The notes below the pieces were generated by a model that saw only the letters and a list, made by a program, of their open reading frames with translations, did not search any database and had not been told where the DNA came from. A stretch of 64,000 bases of DNA from an uncultured cyanobacterium (GTDB lineage Bacteria; Cyanobacteriota; Cyanobacteriia; Cyanobacteriales; Nostocaceae), in assembly GCA_963706595.1 (NCBI GenBank), contig OY970166.1, forward strand, positions 5,344,001 through 5,408,000. The letters run 5' to 3'. The position numbers were made by a program, and so were the translations under genes. Positions 1-9,986 of the stretch are shown here, piece by piece (position 1 is the first letter of the stretch; each line of letters begins with the position of its first letter).

Positions 1-119
1 AAAACCATGAAATAGAGATTTTGCAGCGATGAAATACTCCTCCCCTCTCCCCTGCGCCTACGGTGTACACACATCTGGGCAATCAAGTACAGACCCTGAA
101 TTTACCCCTTACTAAGGAA

Positions 120-266
120 CTACGCGGTGTACACACAAGTGATCTGATCCCCCTAAATCCCCCTTCTCAAGGGGGACTTTAAGCAATTTTCCCCCCTTCT
201 TAAGGGGGGTTAGGGGGGATCGAAACGCTGTTAGGCAACTTGATAAGACTTGTGTGTACACGATAG
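120..266. mobile_element. MITE-like element with CTACGGTGTACACACAAGT-type terminal inverted repeats, enclosing a CCCCCTAAATCCCCCTT...AAGGGGGG repeat
   Basis: ggtgtacacacaagt (126-140) pairs with acttgtgtgtacac (248-261); an extra left end starts at 58; same termini at 9825-9986. Confidence 0.65.
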
Positions 267-728
267 CCCCCTGCGGAGTGGGGTTCTTGGAACAATAAAA
301 AATGCCCACAGGCGCGGGCATTAAGTAGGCTTTCTGTCACTTTTATTGGCTACAATCATGTTCAATCATGATGTTTTTATTTTTCTCTATTCCCACTCAT
401 AAATCAAGCCGGGAAAATTACAACTTTAGACATAAATCATGAAATTATATCTTTTTATTGATCTGTCTAATAGATGAAAATTCCAGAACCAATAGATGAT
501 ATTTGTGTTAGCAGCTATAACAATACGCAATCAGTTATGAACATAAAAATCCCCAACCTCTTGGAGACACCCGTAGAAGTTGGGCATCTGATGATTGCGA
601 ATTAACCTTTAACTAGCATAAAGATAGTCTTTGTAGCCAATATTTTTAGACCCAATTCACCTATTTATGTCTGTTGGACTTGACACTTTCTCCCAATTTT
701 CTATTAAAACTATAAGTGTGGTCAGGTA

Positions 729-761
729 AAAAACCCCAGGGATTCCCAGTCCTGGGGTTTT
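729..761. terminator. Bidirectional intrinsic terminator-like hairpin
   Basis: aaaaccccagg(ga)-loop-(t)cctggggtttt, with A/T tracts on both sides. Confidence 0.55.
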
Positions 762-891
762 ACTTTTTTTCCTAACCAGGAAAGCAAAAAAAACAGATTT
801 CATATATCATTAATTAGAGCTATAATTAAATAATTATTTTGACCATAGTGAAATACTCAAGTCTTCCTGAATACCTCCTAGAAATTTTTTA

Positions 892-935
892 TGTAACTAA
901 ATCTACATTGTCATTATTTTGCAAGTTATTAATAT
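892..935 (+). promoter_or_regulatory. Putative NtcA box with a class II-spaced -10 element
   Basis: TGTA-actaaatc-TACA at 892-907; TAATAT at 930-935, 23 nt after TAC; AT-rich region, so a chance match is possible. Confidence 0.4.
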
Positions 936-1191
936 TACTAATTACCTCGTTAGATTTGAAAAAAATAAAACCTTTCACTGCAAAAAACAATATATTTATA
1001 TTAGCCATAAGATAGATGAAATTAATTGAGCGATCGCCTTATATTAGGGAATATAAAACAAAGAGCGTTACTTACGGCTTGAGGGTGTATCTGCTACTTA
1101 AAGTGAGCATAAAAAATTAATTTAGAGCCATCATTGACATTATTTATATTTATTTATACTTGTTTTTATTTTTTAGTAATCCGAGATGCTC

Positions 1192-1328
1192 TAGGAATCC
1201 GATTTGATTATTGAAAAAATCTAAGTATATGTAGGGTGTGTTATGGCTTTAGCCTAACGCACCGTCTTCTGTGGTCTTGGTGCTGTACTCTCCTCTCTGT
1301 GTGTTTCATAAATCAAATATGAGTCCTA
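1192..1328. mobile_element. MITE (TAGGAATCCGATTTGATT...AATCAAATATGAGTCCTA family) carrying a GTAG-REP-like hairpin
   Basis: Imperfect terminal inverted repeats; homologous to 24820-24979 and 44954-45074. Confidence 0.7.
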
Positions 1329-1406
1329 TTACCAATTTTTTGTGAGGCTGGACATTATTTTCACCCCTCCCAACCGCATTCGATCACAGAGGGGTTGAAG
1401 TTCCTG

Positions 1407-1899
1407 TTAAATTTCTGCACCTCCTTTCGGTTCAGCACCCATTGGCGAAACGTAATCACGGAAAGCATTAATCTGTTGTTCAAAAGGTAACGCTTTGATA
1501 TTATCCAACAGGGTTTGAGATGCAGATGAAAGCTGATAACCAGCAGGTAAAGGAATGATTCTACCGCTTTCCATCTCTTGAGCTAATCGATACCAAAATA
1601 ACAGTTTTGTGGTATCACTCAAAGAACCATATTCACGGCTAATTTGAGTATCCTTTTTGGTAATGATATCACGCTGAACTTGTAATTGTTGTGCGTGGCT
1701 CAACTCTTTAACTTGATTGCATAAACCTTCGGCAATTTCTGGGGAAACAGTACCTGGCCGCAGGGGCGGCTGGTGTAATAGAACTTCCCATTTCTTGGTA
1801 AATAAACCAAAACAACGCTAACTGTTCATCTACATCCAAGTTTTGCCATGATTGGACACATTCACGAATATTTGGATCGCTGGTTTGGGTATATGTCAT
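1407..1899 (-). CDS. Helical carotenoid protein (OCP N-terminal domain homolog, HCP); +1 frameshift near 1753
   Basis: DEQLALFWFIYQEMGSSITPAAP and KLLFWYRLAQEM motifs; removing one C in gtacctgg joins the two ORFs as PAASTVSPEIAEGLCNQVKELSHAQQL. Confidence 0.85.
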
Positions 1900-2301
1900 A
1901 ACAGTTGAATTGGTAATAAATAAGTGTCGTTAATTACATTAACAAACACATATCGTTCACCTAAACCCACTGAAGACAGATGTATCTCAACCAGAAAGTA
2001 GAATAAACAGACGCAGATCATTAAATGAGGGGATTACTAGATGAAATTTACTTAGATATTAATAATTCTCATGAAAAAAATGATACTGGAATCCCAGAAG
2101 GTTGATTTTTTATTTTTAACCTTTTCCAGATAAGTATCCGGTTAAGAATTGTTTAATTCAGTATAGTTAAATCTATCCACAGTTATAAATCATCTGATAA
2201 TGATGCAAAATATGATAGGTAAGTTGCATGAATATCTGCTATTTTGATTTTTTTTATGTTATAAAACTCACAGAATTTAATACCAGAGGAAAAGAATTTT
2301 T

Positions 2302-4833
2302 ATGGAAATAGAACAATTAGATTGTTTTAAAGACTACGGCGAATTTATCCTCCAAAAACTAGACTCAGTACCTCAATATCCTTCTAAACAAGAAGATTGG
2401 ATACCTACTAGCCTGGATGACTGTCTGGTGCGCCTCCGGGAAGCTGCTGAGAAAACTGTAGAACTGGCAACATCTCCAGTTAGAATCGGGGTGATGGGAG
2501 AATTTAGTAGCGGCAAAACTTTACTTTTGGGCAGCCTGATTGGTTATGCTGATGCTTTACCTATTAGTGAGAACCCGACTACAGGTAATGTTACAGCTAT
2601 CCATATTGTGCCGCAATCAGGTTTTGTCACCACTCAGGCAAATAATTATCGGGTAGAGTATCTTTCTCATGAAGGGGTAAATGAGTGTCTGCAATTCATG
2701 TTGGAGGAAGCAAGCCGCCGAACTACGGCTGCTGGACTTGCACCTATGTCTATGTCAAAATTAAGTACTGGCAAAGATATTATTAACTGGTGCGAAGATA
2801 CATGGAACAGTAGTAAAAACTTAGAATTACGTTATTTACTGCGAGAGTTGGTATTGTTCATTCGCGCCTATCAAGCTTATGGCGAAGCTATGTGTGGTGG
2901 ACATTACCAGATTGATGCGATCACCGCCCATGAAGGGCTACAGCTGACTGAACAGCCAATGGCGATCCAAACTCTCCGTTTTGAGGAGATACCTCCATGT
3001 CATATCCGATTACCTAGTCCACCCCAAAGGCTACCTACCAAGCTATTACAGAACAGTTTCCCCCTGATCCGTCGTGTTGATATTGAGGTCCAAATATCAC
3101 GAGAGATTTGGGATTTTGCCGGAGTTTCAGAATTTGTGCTGTTAGATTTTCCCGGATTAGGGGCTGCTAATTCTGGTGCTAGAGATACCTTTTTGTCACT
3201 GCGGGAGTTAGCAGAAGTACAAACAATTTTAGTGCTTTTAAATGGTAAAACTCCTGGAAGCGATCGCGCCAATAAAATCTTCACGATGATGCAGCAACAG
3301 CGCCCAGGACAAGACCTCAAAGATTTAATTTTGGTGGGGGTAGGTCGTTTTGATCAATTACCTTTAGATAGTGAAGGTTGTGAAAGAGAACTGGATCGAT
3401 TAATCGAAAGTAGTAGACTTTTAGAAGAAGAAGATGTTTTCCGCAAATTGAAAGTTTTGCAAACCACCATTGACGCTGCTAGTGCATTCACCACCCAACA
3501 AGACCGGATTGTTTTATTATCGCCACTACTAGGGCTGGCTGAGTTGGCAAAACGTTCTAGTACAGTCAAAGCAGGTTCACCAGAATTTTTAGCTAACTTA
3601 GATTATCCTGATTATTTAGAACGGTCGAAGCGATTGCAACAAAAGTGGGAACTATTAAGCACACGGCTGCTAGAATCTGACCCACGCAGTCATTTAGGCA
3701 GACAATTGAGTTACTTTGCTCAAGATGGTGGCATTGCTAAACTGCGAGAATTAATTCAAAATCATGTTACCAGTCATGGACTGAAACAACTGTATCAAGA
3801 TACTCAAAGGTCTGCCGATAATTTACTCCAACAACAAGAATATCTCAAAAACATTATTGCCGAAATTCATGAACAAGGCATTCCCACCGCAGATAGTCAG
3901 GATTTAATTGAGTTTCGGGCTGCTATAGAAAACTTAGATAAAACTTATCGCAATTTTCAAAAAAGTTTAGGTAAAGAACCACTCAAAGACCGTCGGGGAG
4001 ATGTGGTTAGTGATGTGGTAAAAGACGAACTCACTTTTAAAATCCTCAATTGGAATGAGTGGACTTTACTATTTAATAAAGCCAACAATGGTAATATCAC
4101 TATTGCCGAATTTAAAGGTGCAGCCGGCAAGTTATTTGACAGAGGAAATAGAGTTAATAGCACCCTACCAACGAAGAGTGAAGATTTTTATCCAGCCTTT
4201 GCCAAAACTGTTAAAGAATTAGAAAATTTTGCGCGCGATCGCATTCATCAAGCAGTAGTAGATTTATTAAGTCAATTATCCCATCATATAGCCGCAGAAC
4301 GCGATCATTTACAGGCAAATCTGCGCCCAGAAATGGAACAAGAAATTGAAACCAAGTTTGGCATAGAAGAAGCTGATATTTTTTACAAATTACTATTAGG
4401 ATGCGACCCTAATCAATGGCAAGAAGCGATTATTTCCGAAATTAATAGCAAAGAACAATCAATTTCACCGGAAATTATGTTTCCCTTAGCGCGTCAAGAT
4501 GAAAAACACAATATTGGTCAAATCTTTGATTGGTCTCCTGAAAAAAGTCAAGATTTACCCAAAACAGGTAATCATCAACTTTTTGTTCTGCGACTGCGAG
4601 ACGAAATAACTGCTAGTGCTAGTCTGCATTTGGTGCAATATGTTAGTGAAATTAATCAACAGGTGAATGCTGAATTAGAAGGTATTTTGGATCAAATTAT
4701 TCCGACTCTGCAAAATCTTTCTAAGAAGGAAGCTTTACTCAGACATATTGCGGCGGGAAATTCTCCTGCTAAGGTGGCTGTTCCTACTTGGTTGCAGATT
4801 CTTTCTAAGGTTTCTACTAGTTCTTATTTTTAA
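2302..4833 (+). CDS. Dynamin-like (SrfC-like) large GTPase
   Basis: G1 GEFSSGKT, G2 NPTTG, G3 LLDFPG, divergent G4 GRFD, long helical C-terminus; GAGGA RBS-like sequence upstream. Confidence 0.75.
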   Translation: MEIEQLDCFKDYGEFILQKLDSVPQYPSKQEDWIPTSLDDCLVRLREAAEKTVELATSPVRIGVMGEFSSGKTLLLGSLIGYADALPISENPTTGNVTAIHIVPQSGFVTTQANNYRVEYLSHEGVNECLQFMLEEASRRTTAAGLAPMSMSKLSTGKDIINWCEDTWNSSKNLELRYLLRELVLFIRAYQAYGEAMCGGHYQIDAITAHEGLQLTEQPMAIQTLRFEEIPPCHIRLPSPPQRLPTKLLQNSFPLIRRVDIEVQISREIWDFAGVSEFVLLDFPGLGAANSGARDTFLSLRELAEVQTILVLLNGKTPGSDRANKIFTMMQQQRPGQDLKDLILVGVGRFDQLPLDSEGCERELDRLIESSRLLEEEDVFRKLKVLQTTIDAASAFTTQQDRIVLLSPLLGLAELAKRSSTVKAGSPEFLANLDYPDYLERSKRLQQKWELLSTRLLESDPRSHLGRQLSYFAQDGGIAKLRELIQNHVTSHGLKQLYQDTQRSADNLLQQQEYLKNIIAEIHEQGIPTADSQDLIEFRAAIENLDKTYRNFQKSLGKEPLKDRRGDVVSDVVKDELTFKILNWNEWTLLFNKANNGNITIAEFKGAAGKLFDRGNRVNSTLPTKSEDFYPAFAKTVKELENFARDRIHQAVVDLLSQLSHHIAAERDHLQANLRPEMEQEIETKFGIEEADIFYKLLLGCDPNQWQEAIISEINSKEQSISPEIMFPLARQDEKHNIGQIFDWSPEKSQDLPKTGNHQLFVLRLRDEITASASLHLVQYVSEINQQVNAELEGILDQIIPTLQNLSKKEALLRHIAAGNSPAKVAVPTWLQILSKVSTSSYF

Positions 4834-4919
4834 ACGAACCACAGAGGCACAGAGAACACAGAGAAATTAAGAAATTAATCTTAGTTTAGGGTTGTAAAGC
4901 ATTAATATAAGGAGAAAAA

Positions 4920-7900
4920 ATGGCTGTTGAAATTCGGCTTGCACCTAATTTTCAAGTCCGTGCTAGGGAAAATGAATATTTGGAATTACCTACTATTCAA
5001 CTGGTGGCGGCTGGGGATAATGTACCTCACATTGCGAGAATTAATTGTATTGTGACTGGAACTCCAGAGGAATTAGCTGTACAAATTAAAAAGGCATATA
5101 AACCTTTTGATTCTGTCACTCCGAAGATTTCCCAAATTGGGCAATTAGAGCAATATCCTTGTAAATTAGAGCGTCCTTTAATTGAACCAATTAACTGCAC
5201 TTTAGAGGTGATTGTTGAATATTTTGATTCTGATGTGTTAGGAGATCCAATTTTATCTGAACCTCGACAAAGCGGGGCTTCATGCTATCTATGGTCGCCC
5301 ATAATTTTTGATGAGGAAACAATTGACAGTGATCCGATTAGCAGTCCTATAGAAATCAGTAAATATATTGAAAAAAAAATCAGCAATAAACCCCAAAAAA
5401 GGTTTCCTGGATGGTTGGCTTTAGATTTTGGTACTTCCAATTCTACAGTGACACTCTTCGACCCGATGGAAGTCCCTATTGCCGAAATTTTACCGAGAGA
5501 ACAAGAAATTCGGTTGCGCGATCGCATGATAGAATGGTTAAGTTCTCCGGCATCGGTAGCTTTACCTGATGTCAATCCTCACGACTGGGACAAGTTTATT
5601 GCTGATATTAGCAAAAACCTGGAAATTGAACCCCATCGTCTGCGAGAAGTTTTTGAAAGTGATCAAAAAGAACGATTTTTAGAAGCGATTCGCCAAGTAG
5701 AATTATGTCTAGGTAACAGCGATAAATTTCGCCGGGCTGCAAGCAAAAAGCTTTACCAAATCTACCATGAAGTTTTTCGTGTCCCCACCTTAGAATCGCA
5801 AAATTTAATCCCCGTCGTCTTAGATATTAATCGCCGGAATACAGAAATACCCAGCGAATTAGAAATTGCTAGTTTGACAGATTTACAACTGCGGATGGGT
5901 AGAGAAGCTAGGGATAATCGCAAAAAAGCGATCGCCCAAGGAACAAGCGTTTCTTTAAAGGAAATTATCAGCCGATTTCACCACTCACCCAAGCGCTATT
6001 TTGGACAGGATCGCACTTTTCCCATAATTTTGGATGGTGAAGAAGAAACAATTAATGTTAACGAACTCATCCAAGCAGCTTGGGCGCATTTAATCGAGTT
6101 AACCGAAGATTACCGCCAACGCGCTAGACGCAGATTTTCAGAAGGAGATTTCCTCACAGCCGTTGTTACCTACCCCACTGTCGCCCCGCCATTAGTGCGT
6201 AAGGAAGTCAAGGAATTAGTCGAACAATTGGGTATTGATGATGTTCAAACAGCTTATGATGAAGCCGTCTCCGTCGCCATCTTCTTTTTATGGCGAGAAT
6301 TTGGCGGAAATCTCAATATTGGGATTGAATCATTTAAAACTCGTTGTCGCCAAGTCGAAAATAAATGGTCACAAAATGTCCTCGTTTTGGATATTGGTGG
6401 GGGAACAACAGACTTAGCTTTAATTGAATTAACTTTGGAAGATAAAACTCCGGCTTTTGCCGATCATGAAGATAGAGGGTTAGGAGGACGTTACTATAAA
6501 CTGACTCCGAAACTATTAGGTTCTTCGGGACATTTACAGCTAGGCGGTGAATTAATTACCCTGAGAATATTTAGATTATTGAAAGTGGCGATCGCTGATT
6601 TTCTCTTAACAGCCATCACCACAGGCGACATCGAAAGCGAAAAGCTAGAAGATTTAATTAACTCGGAATTAAACGAGCGTTTCTTAGAACAAGGAAAATT
6701 CCAAAGCGGCAGTTTATTAAAATGTTTAGATAAAGAAAATCCTGACGGTGATGCTGCTTATAAAGATGCCTTAGATACTGCCGAAAAAGTAATACCTACC
6801 CGATGGCAACAAGCACCCCAAAGGCTACAAACCTTTTATACTCTCTGGGATCATGCCGAAGCCGCTAAACTCAAACTTGGGCAAAAGCCACCAGCAGATC
6901 ATCCGCTTTTAACCTTTACTGTTTCTGAACAACAAATTTCAGAATTACTGACTCAAAGTACCATAAAATTTCAAATCATAAATCCCGATAATATCAGCGT
7001 AATTCTAGACAATCAACAATTTGAACGCGCCGCTGCTTCCACTATTAAAGAAGGAATTGGTATCGCTAAAGGACTAATGGAAAGTCGCTTAGGTTTCCAA
7101 GACCAAAACATAGATTCTTGGAACACACATAAAGTTGATTGGTTGATTTTATCTGGCAAAACTTGTAACCTAGATTTAGTACAACGCCAAATTTACCAAG
7201 AATTTAGTAACTCGCCTTATTTCGTCTGGAACCCAGAACGAATTACCTTTGTTTTGGAATTTACTAAATTAGCCACCTCAGCCGGTGCTTGCTACGCTGA
7301 GAAACTCCGCAGACTCAGGTTTGATCCAGAAGAGTCTAAAGAATTACTCCGCAAAGGCGCAAATCAGTTAGAAATAGATGTAAAAAACCTCTTTTATTAT
7401 CTACCTTGTAACTTCAAACGCAAAACCCAAAGTAACGAACTTTTACCCATATTCAAAGCCGGACAAGAACTATATCAAATCACGCCTTCAGAAACATCTG
7501 CCAAAGTGCGTACAGACTGGCAAGGGATACAATTAACTAATATTATTTACCGCCAAGATTACGAAGAAGGAGACTTACGACTCTGGGGTAGTTTCGATGG
7601 CAAAAACCTGATGAAGAAACTAGGAATGCCAGAAACCGAGTTTCTCAAAAAAATGAAAGTCCAGTTTGAAATTGACCAAACCTTGCAATTTAATGTCTTA
7701 CTTTGTCAAGGAAATCCCCATTATTTAATTGACATTCCTGGTATTGATGTGGGTGCAGCCCTATTAGCAGCTTCTGAAACATCAACACTATTTGCTGATG
7801 GTAAATTGAAATGGAATATTGCCGTAGAACGTCAGCATCAAAACTTAAATGATGGTGATATTGCTGTTAATGTGATTGAATCTGCAACTGTAGATCAACC

Positions 7901-8324
7901 AAATGCTTATCATTTAGTTTTTGAGGTAGACAAAGATGATAGTAAATTCCTCAGAGAATTTCACTATTTACACAATAGCGAACAGCAACCAGAAAACGGT
8001 TTAGTCAGTAATCCTTTGCCTCCCTTTCCTCAAACAAGTCAACACACTTTTTATATTTATCAAATAGATACCACCACTAACACCAAAAAATGGATCAGAA
8101 TTGGCGCATTGAGTAAACCAGATATCAGCACAGATTACCCTTGCAAATATTGTGTAACTCTCGATAACAAAGGGATTCTCAGAATGCACGCCGGCGAAGT
8201 TCCCTATTGGACATCCACAAGCCAAGAATGTCTCAAACAAGCCGGATGTGTTTATCGGGCTGAACTAGAACTGCAACCCAACGAAGTTGATAAAGAACGC
8301 GATCCCTTTTGCGGTATACATTAA
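4920..8324 (+). CDS. Divergent giant Hsp70/actin-fold ATPase (SrfB-like)
   Basis: LDFGTSNS, SPKRYFG, AVVTYP, YDEA, LDIGGGTTD, LGGE, AEAAK, LILSG and ATSAGA motifs in Hsp70 order; non-canonical N- and C-terminal extensions; AAGGAG RBS. Confidence 0.8.
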   Translation: MAVEIRLAPNFQVRARENEYLELPTIQLVAAGDNVPHIARINCIVTGTPEELAVQIKKAYKPFDSVTPKISQIGQLEQYPCKLERPLIEPINCTLEVIVEYFDSDVLGDPILSEPRQSGASCYLWSPIIFDEETIDSDPISSPIEISKYIEKKISNKPQKRFPGWLALDFGTSNSTVTLFDPMEVPIAEILPREQEIRLRDRMIEWLSSPASVALPDVNPHDWDKFIADISKNLEIEPHRLREVFESDQKERFLEAIRQVELCLGNSDKFRRAASKKLYQIYHEVFRVPTLESQNLIPVVLDINRRNTEIPSELEIASLTDLQLRMGREARDNRKKAIAQGTSVSLKEIISRFHHSPKRYFGQDRTFPIILDGEEETINVNELIQAAWAHLIELTEDYRQRARRRFSEGDFLTAVVTYPTVAPPLVRKEVKELVEQLGIDDVQTAYDEAVSVAIFFLWREFGGNLNIGIESFKTRCRQVENKWSQNVLVLDIGGGTTDLALIELTLEDKTPAFADHEDRGLGGRYYKLTPKLLGSSGHLQLGGELITLRIFRLLKVAIADFLLTAITTGDIESEKLEDLINSELNERFLEQGKFQSGSLLKCLDKENPDGDAAYKDALDTAEKVIPTRWQQAPQRLQTFYTLWDHAEAAKLKLGQKPPADHPLLTFTVSEQQISELLTQSTIKFQIINPDNISVILDNQQFERAAASTIKEGIGIAKGLMESRLGFQDQNIDSWNTHKVDWLILSGKTCNLDLVQRQIYQEFSNSPYFVWNPERITFVLEFTKLATSAGACYAEKLRRLRFDPEESKELLRKGANQLEIDVKNLFYYLPCNFKRKTQSNELLPIFKAGQELYQITPSETSAKVRTDWQGIQLTNIIYRQDYEEGDLRLWGSFDGKNLMKKLGMPETEFLKKMKVQFEIDQTLQFNVLLCQGNPHYLIDIPGIDVGAALLAASETSTLFADGKLKWNIAVERQHQNLNDGDIAVNVIESATVDQPNAYHLVFEVDKDDSKFLREFHYLHNSEQQPENGLVSNPLPPFPQTSQHTFYIYQIDTTTNTKKWIRIGALSKPDISTDYPCKYCVTLDNKGILRMHAGEVPYWTSTSQECLKQAGCVYRAELELQPNEVDKERDPFCGIH

Positions 8325-8342
8325 ACATCTCCAGAAAAGAAT

Positions 8343-8370
8343 GTAGAGACGTTCCATGGAACGTCTCTAC
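8343..8370. repeat. GTAG-REP-like perfect palindrome GTAGAGACGTTCCATGGAACGTCTCTAC
   Basis: Perfect 28-bp palindrome; related copies near 12813, 37894, 17496 and 34879. Confidence 0.7.
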
Positions 8371-8606
8371 AACAGTTATAGGAAACGCACATTTAATTCT
8401 TACCAAATGTCTATTAAACATTTCTTCCTTCTTTTCCTTCTTCTTCCTCCCTTTGCGTCCTTGGCGTACTACAGCCCTTACGGGCATCGCTGCGCGCGGG
8501 CGGTTCGTTAAAAAATTGACTTTCACAAAAAGTTTTAACCTAACTGAACCGTCTTAACCTTTAGCATCTGGGGCTGGAGAAAAAATCAATTTTATAATTA
8601 ATATTC

Positions 8607-9716
8607 ATGCACCAATTAAGTCAATTATTAGAAATAGAAAACTCCGAATTAGCCAAAGTCCTAAAATTCAGTTTGTACGGACTAGAAGCCACCTTAAATA
8701 AAGCCCGCGCCGAATTTCCCCTCGATCCGGGAACGGAGATATGCGATGATATCCTCAAAGAAATCTCCAGCTTATTGCAACCACCCCCAGATGCTATTCC
8801 CGAAGAAACCTTACTCCTGATATCGCCCCCAGACGAGTTAAAATTGATTCATCTGCGATCAGCCTTTGCGAATGACGCTGAACTGAGCGTATATTTAGGC
8901 AATTCGTCACTACAAAGCCAAACCGATGCTGATTTATGGCCTGAAATTCACCGAAAACTGCTGCGAGTTCCAGAAAATATCGCCACAGCTTGGCGACAAC
9001 GGGCTTTAGAATTCGCTCAAGAAATTGGTGCTGTAGCAGATAATGTGCATCTGCGTCAACTTCCCTTCAGCAGAGATGAAATTATTTACCCCGGACTTAA
9101 CGGTGCTGTCAAGGTTCCAGGATTATGTTTATCGGAAAAAGCCCTACTAAATTCTGGAATTAACCCAGTGACAGAATATGGAAATTTATATTATCTGGCT
9201 GGCTTTGTGCAACTACTCCAGAAATTTATCGCAATAGATCCAGATTTACATCATGCCTTAAAAAGCTTGTTCAGCTTCGATATTATCTCTTTACAGTCCC
9301 AGCCAGAACAACGCACTCAATATATGAATACTTTAAGCGATCGCTGGCATCGCGTGCAACAAGCCGAATCAAATTCTGATCAATTATTAAGTTTGCGTGC
9401 ATGGATAGACATAGATGAAGCCATACACTCCCTAGTATTTATCCCCCCAGTTGAGCGTTATTCGTGGTGGGGTAACTTGCAGCAGGAATCACGGCGCGTT
9501 TTGAAAAAAATGGCTCAAACGGCGATTAACATGGGTTATGACGTGAAAATTCGCCAATTATCTGGACTCTACGCTGATGTCTGCACCTTCTCAAAAGATG
9601 ACCTCCAACTCAACTGCGGCGGTGTTCCTGGGGAAGTTTTAACTTGTCTGCGGGTGTATGCGCGAATTAATCAAGAAGAAACTCCAGGCCGCGTAATTTT
9701 TCGCTCATTACGTTAA
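8607..9716 (+). CDS. Hypothetical protein with a GrpE-like C-terminal beta region
   Basis: 369-aa ORF, mostly helical, ending PGEVLTCLRVYARINQEETPGRVIF, which resembles the GrpE C-terminus; co-oriented with the Hsp70-like gene. Confidence 0.6.
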   Translation: MHQLSQLLEIENSELAKVLKFSLYGLEATLNKARAEFPLDPGTEICDDILKEISSLLQPPPDAIPEETLLLISPPDELKLIHLRSAFANDAELSVYLGNSSLQSQTDADLWPEIHRKLLRVPENIATAWRQRALEFAQEIGAVADNVHLRQLPFSRDEIIYPGLNGAVKVPGLCLSEKALLNSGINPVTEYGNLYYLAGFVQLLQKFIAIDPDLHHALKSLFSFDIISLQSQPEQRTQYMNTLSDRWHRVQQAESNSDQLLSLRAWIDIDEAIHSLVFIPPVERYSWWGNLQQESRRVLKKMAQTAINMGYDVKIRQLSGLYADVCTFSKDDLQLNCGGVPGEVLTCLRVYARINQEETPGRVIFRSLR

Positions 9717-9824
9717 AGGCCGCATTTTTGAGCATTTATCCCTAGAAATAAGTTTTCACCGCATCTGGAAAACCTCGCTTCCATTCCTTAATTACCCCAC
9801 CCTAACCCGGACCGGGGAAAGGGG

Positions 9825-9986
9825 CTACGGTGTACACACAAATCATTAAATTACTCCAAATCTTTTTTAGTAGGGTGTGTTGTCGCGTAGCGCAACGCAC
9901 CATCCTAGATTTTCGGTGCGTTAGGACTAACGTCCATAACACACCCTACCCAAATCAAGGTTTTTAGACTTGTGTGTACACGTTAG
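9825..9986. mobile_element. MITE-like element (CTACGGTGTACACACA terminal repeats) containing an inverted REP doublet
   Basis: Termini as at 120-266; interior gtagggtgtgtt...aacgcacc / ggtgcgtt...aacacaccctac; embedded in a C-rich/G-rich repeat at about 9795-10040. Confidence 0.65.

Noticed and set aside
112..321. 69-aa ORF
   Set aside because: Lies on MITE and CCCCCTT/AAGGGGG repeat sequence
8233..8557. Overlapping 97-aa and 82-aa ORFs between the Hsp70-like and GrpE-like genes
   Set aside because: Made of a REP palindrome and small dispersed repeats; no coding signature
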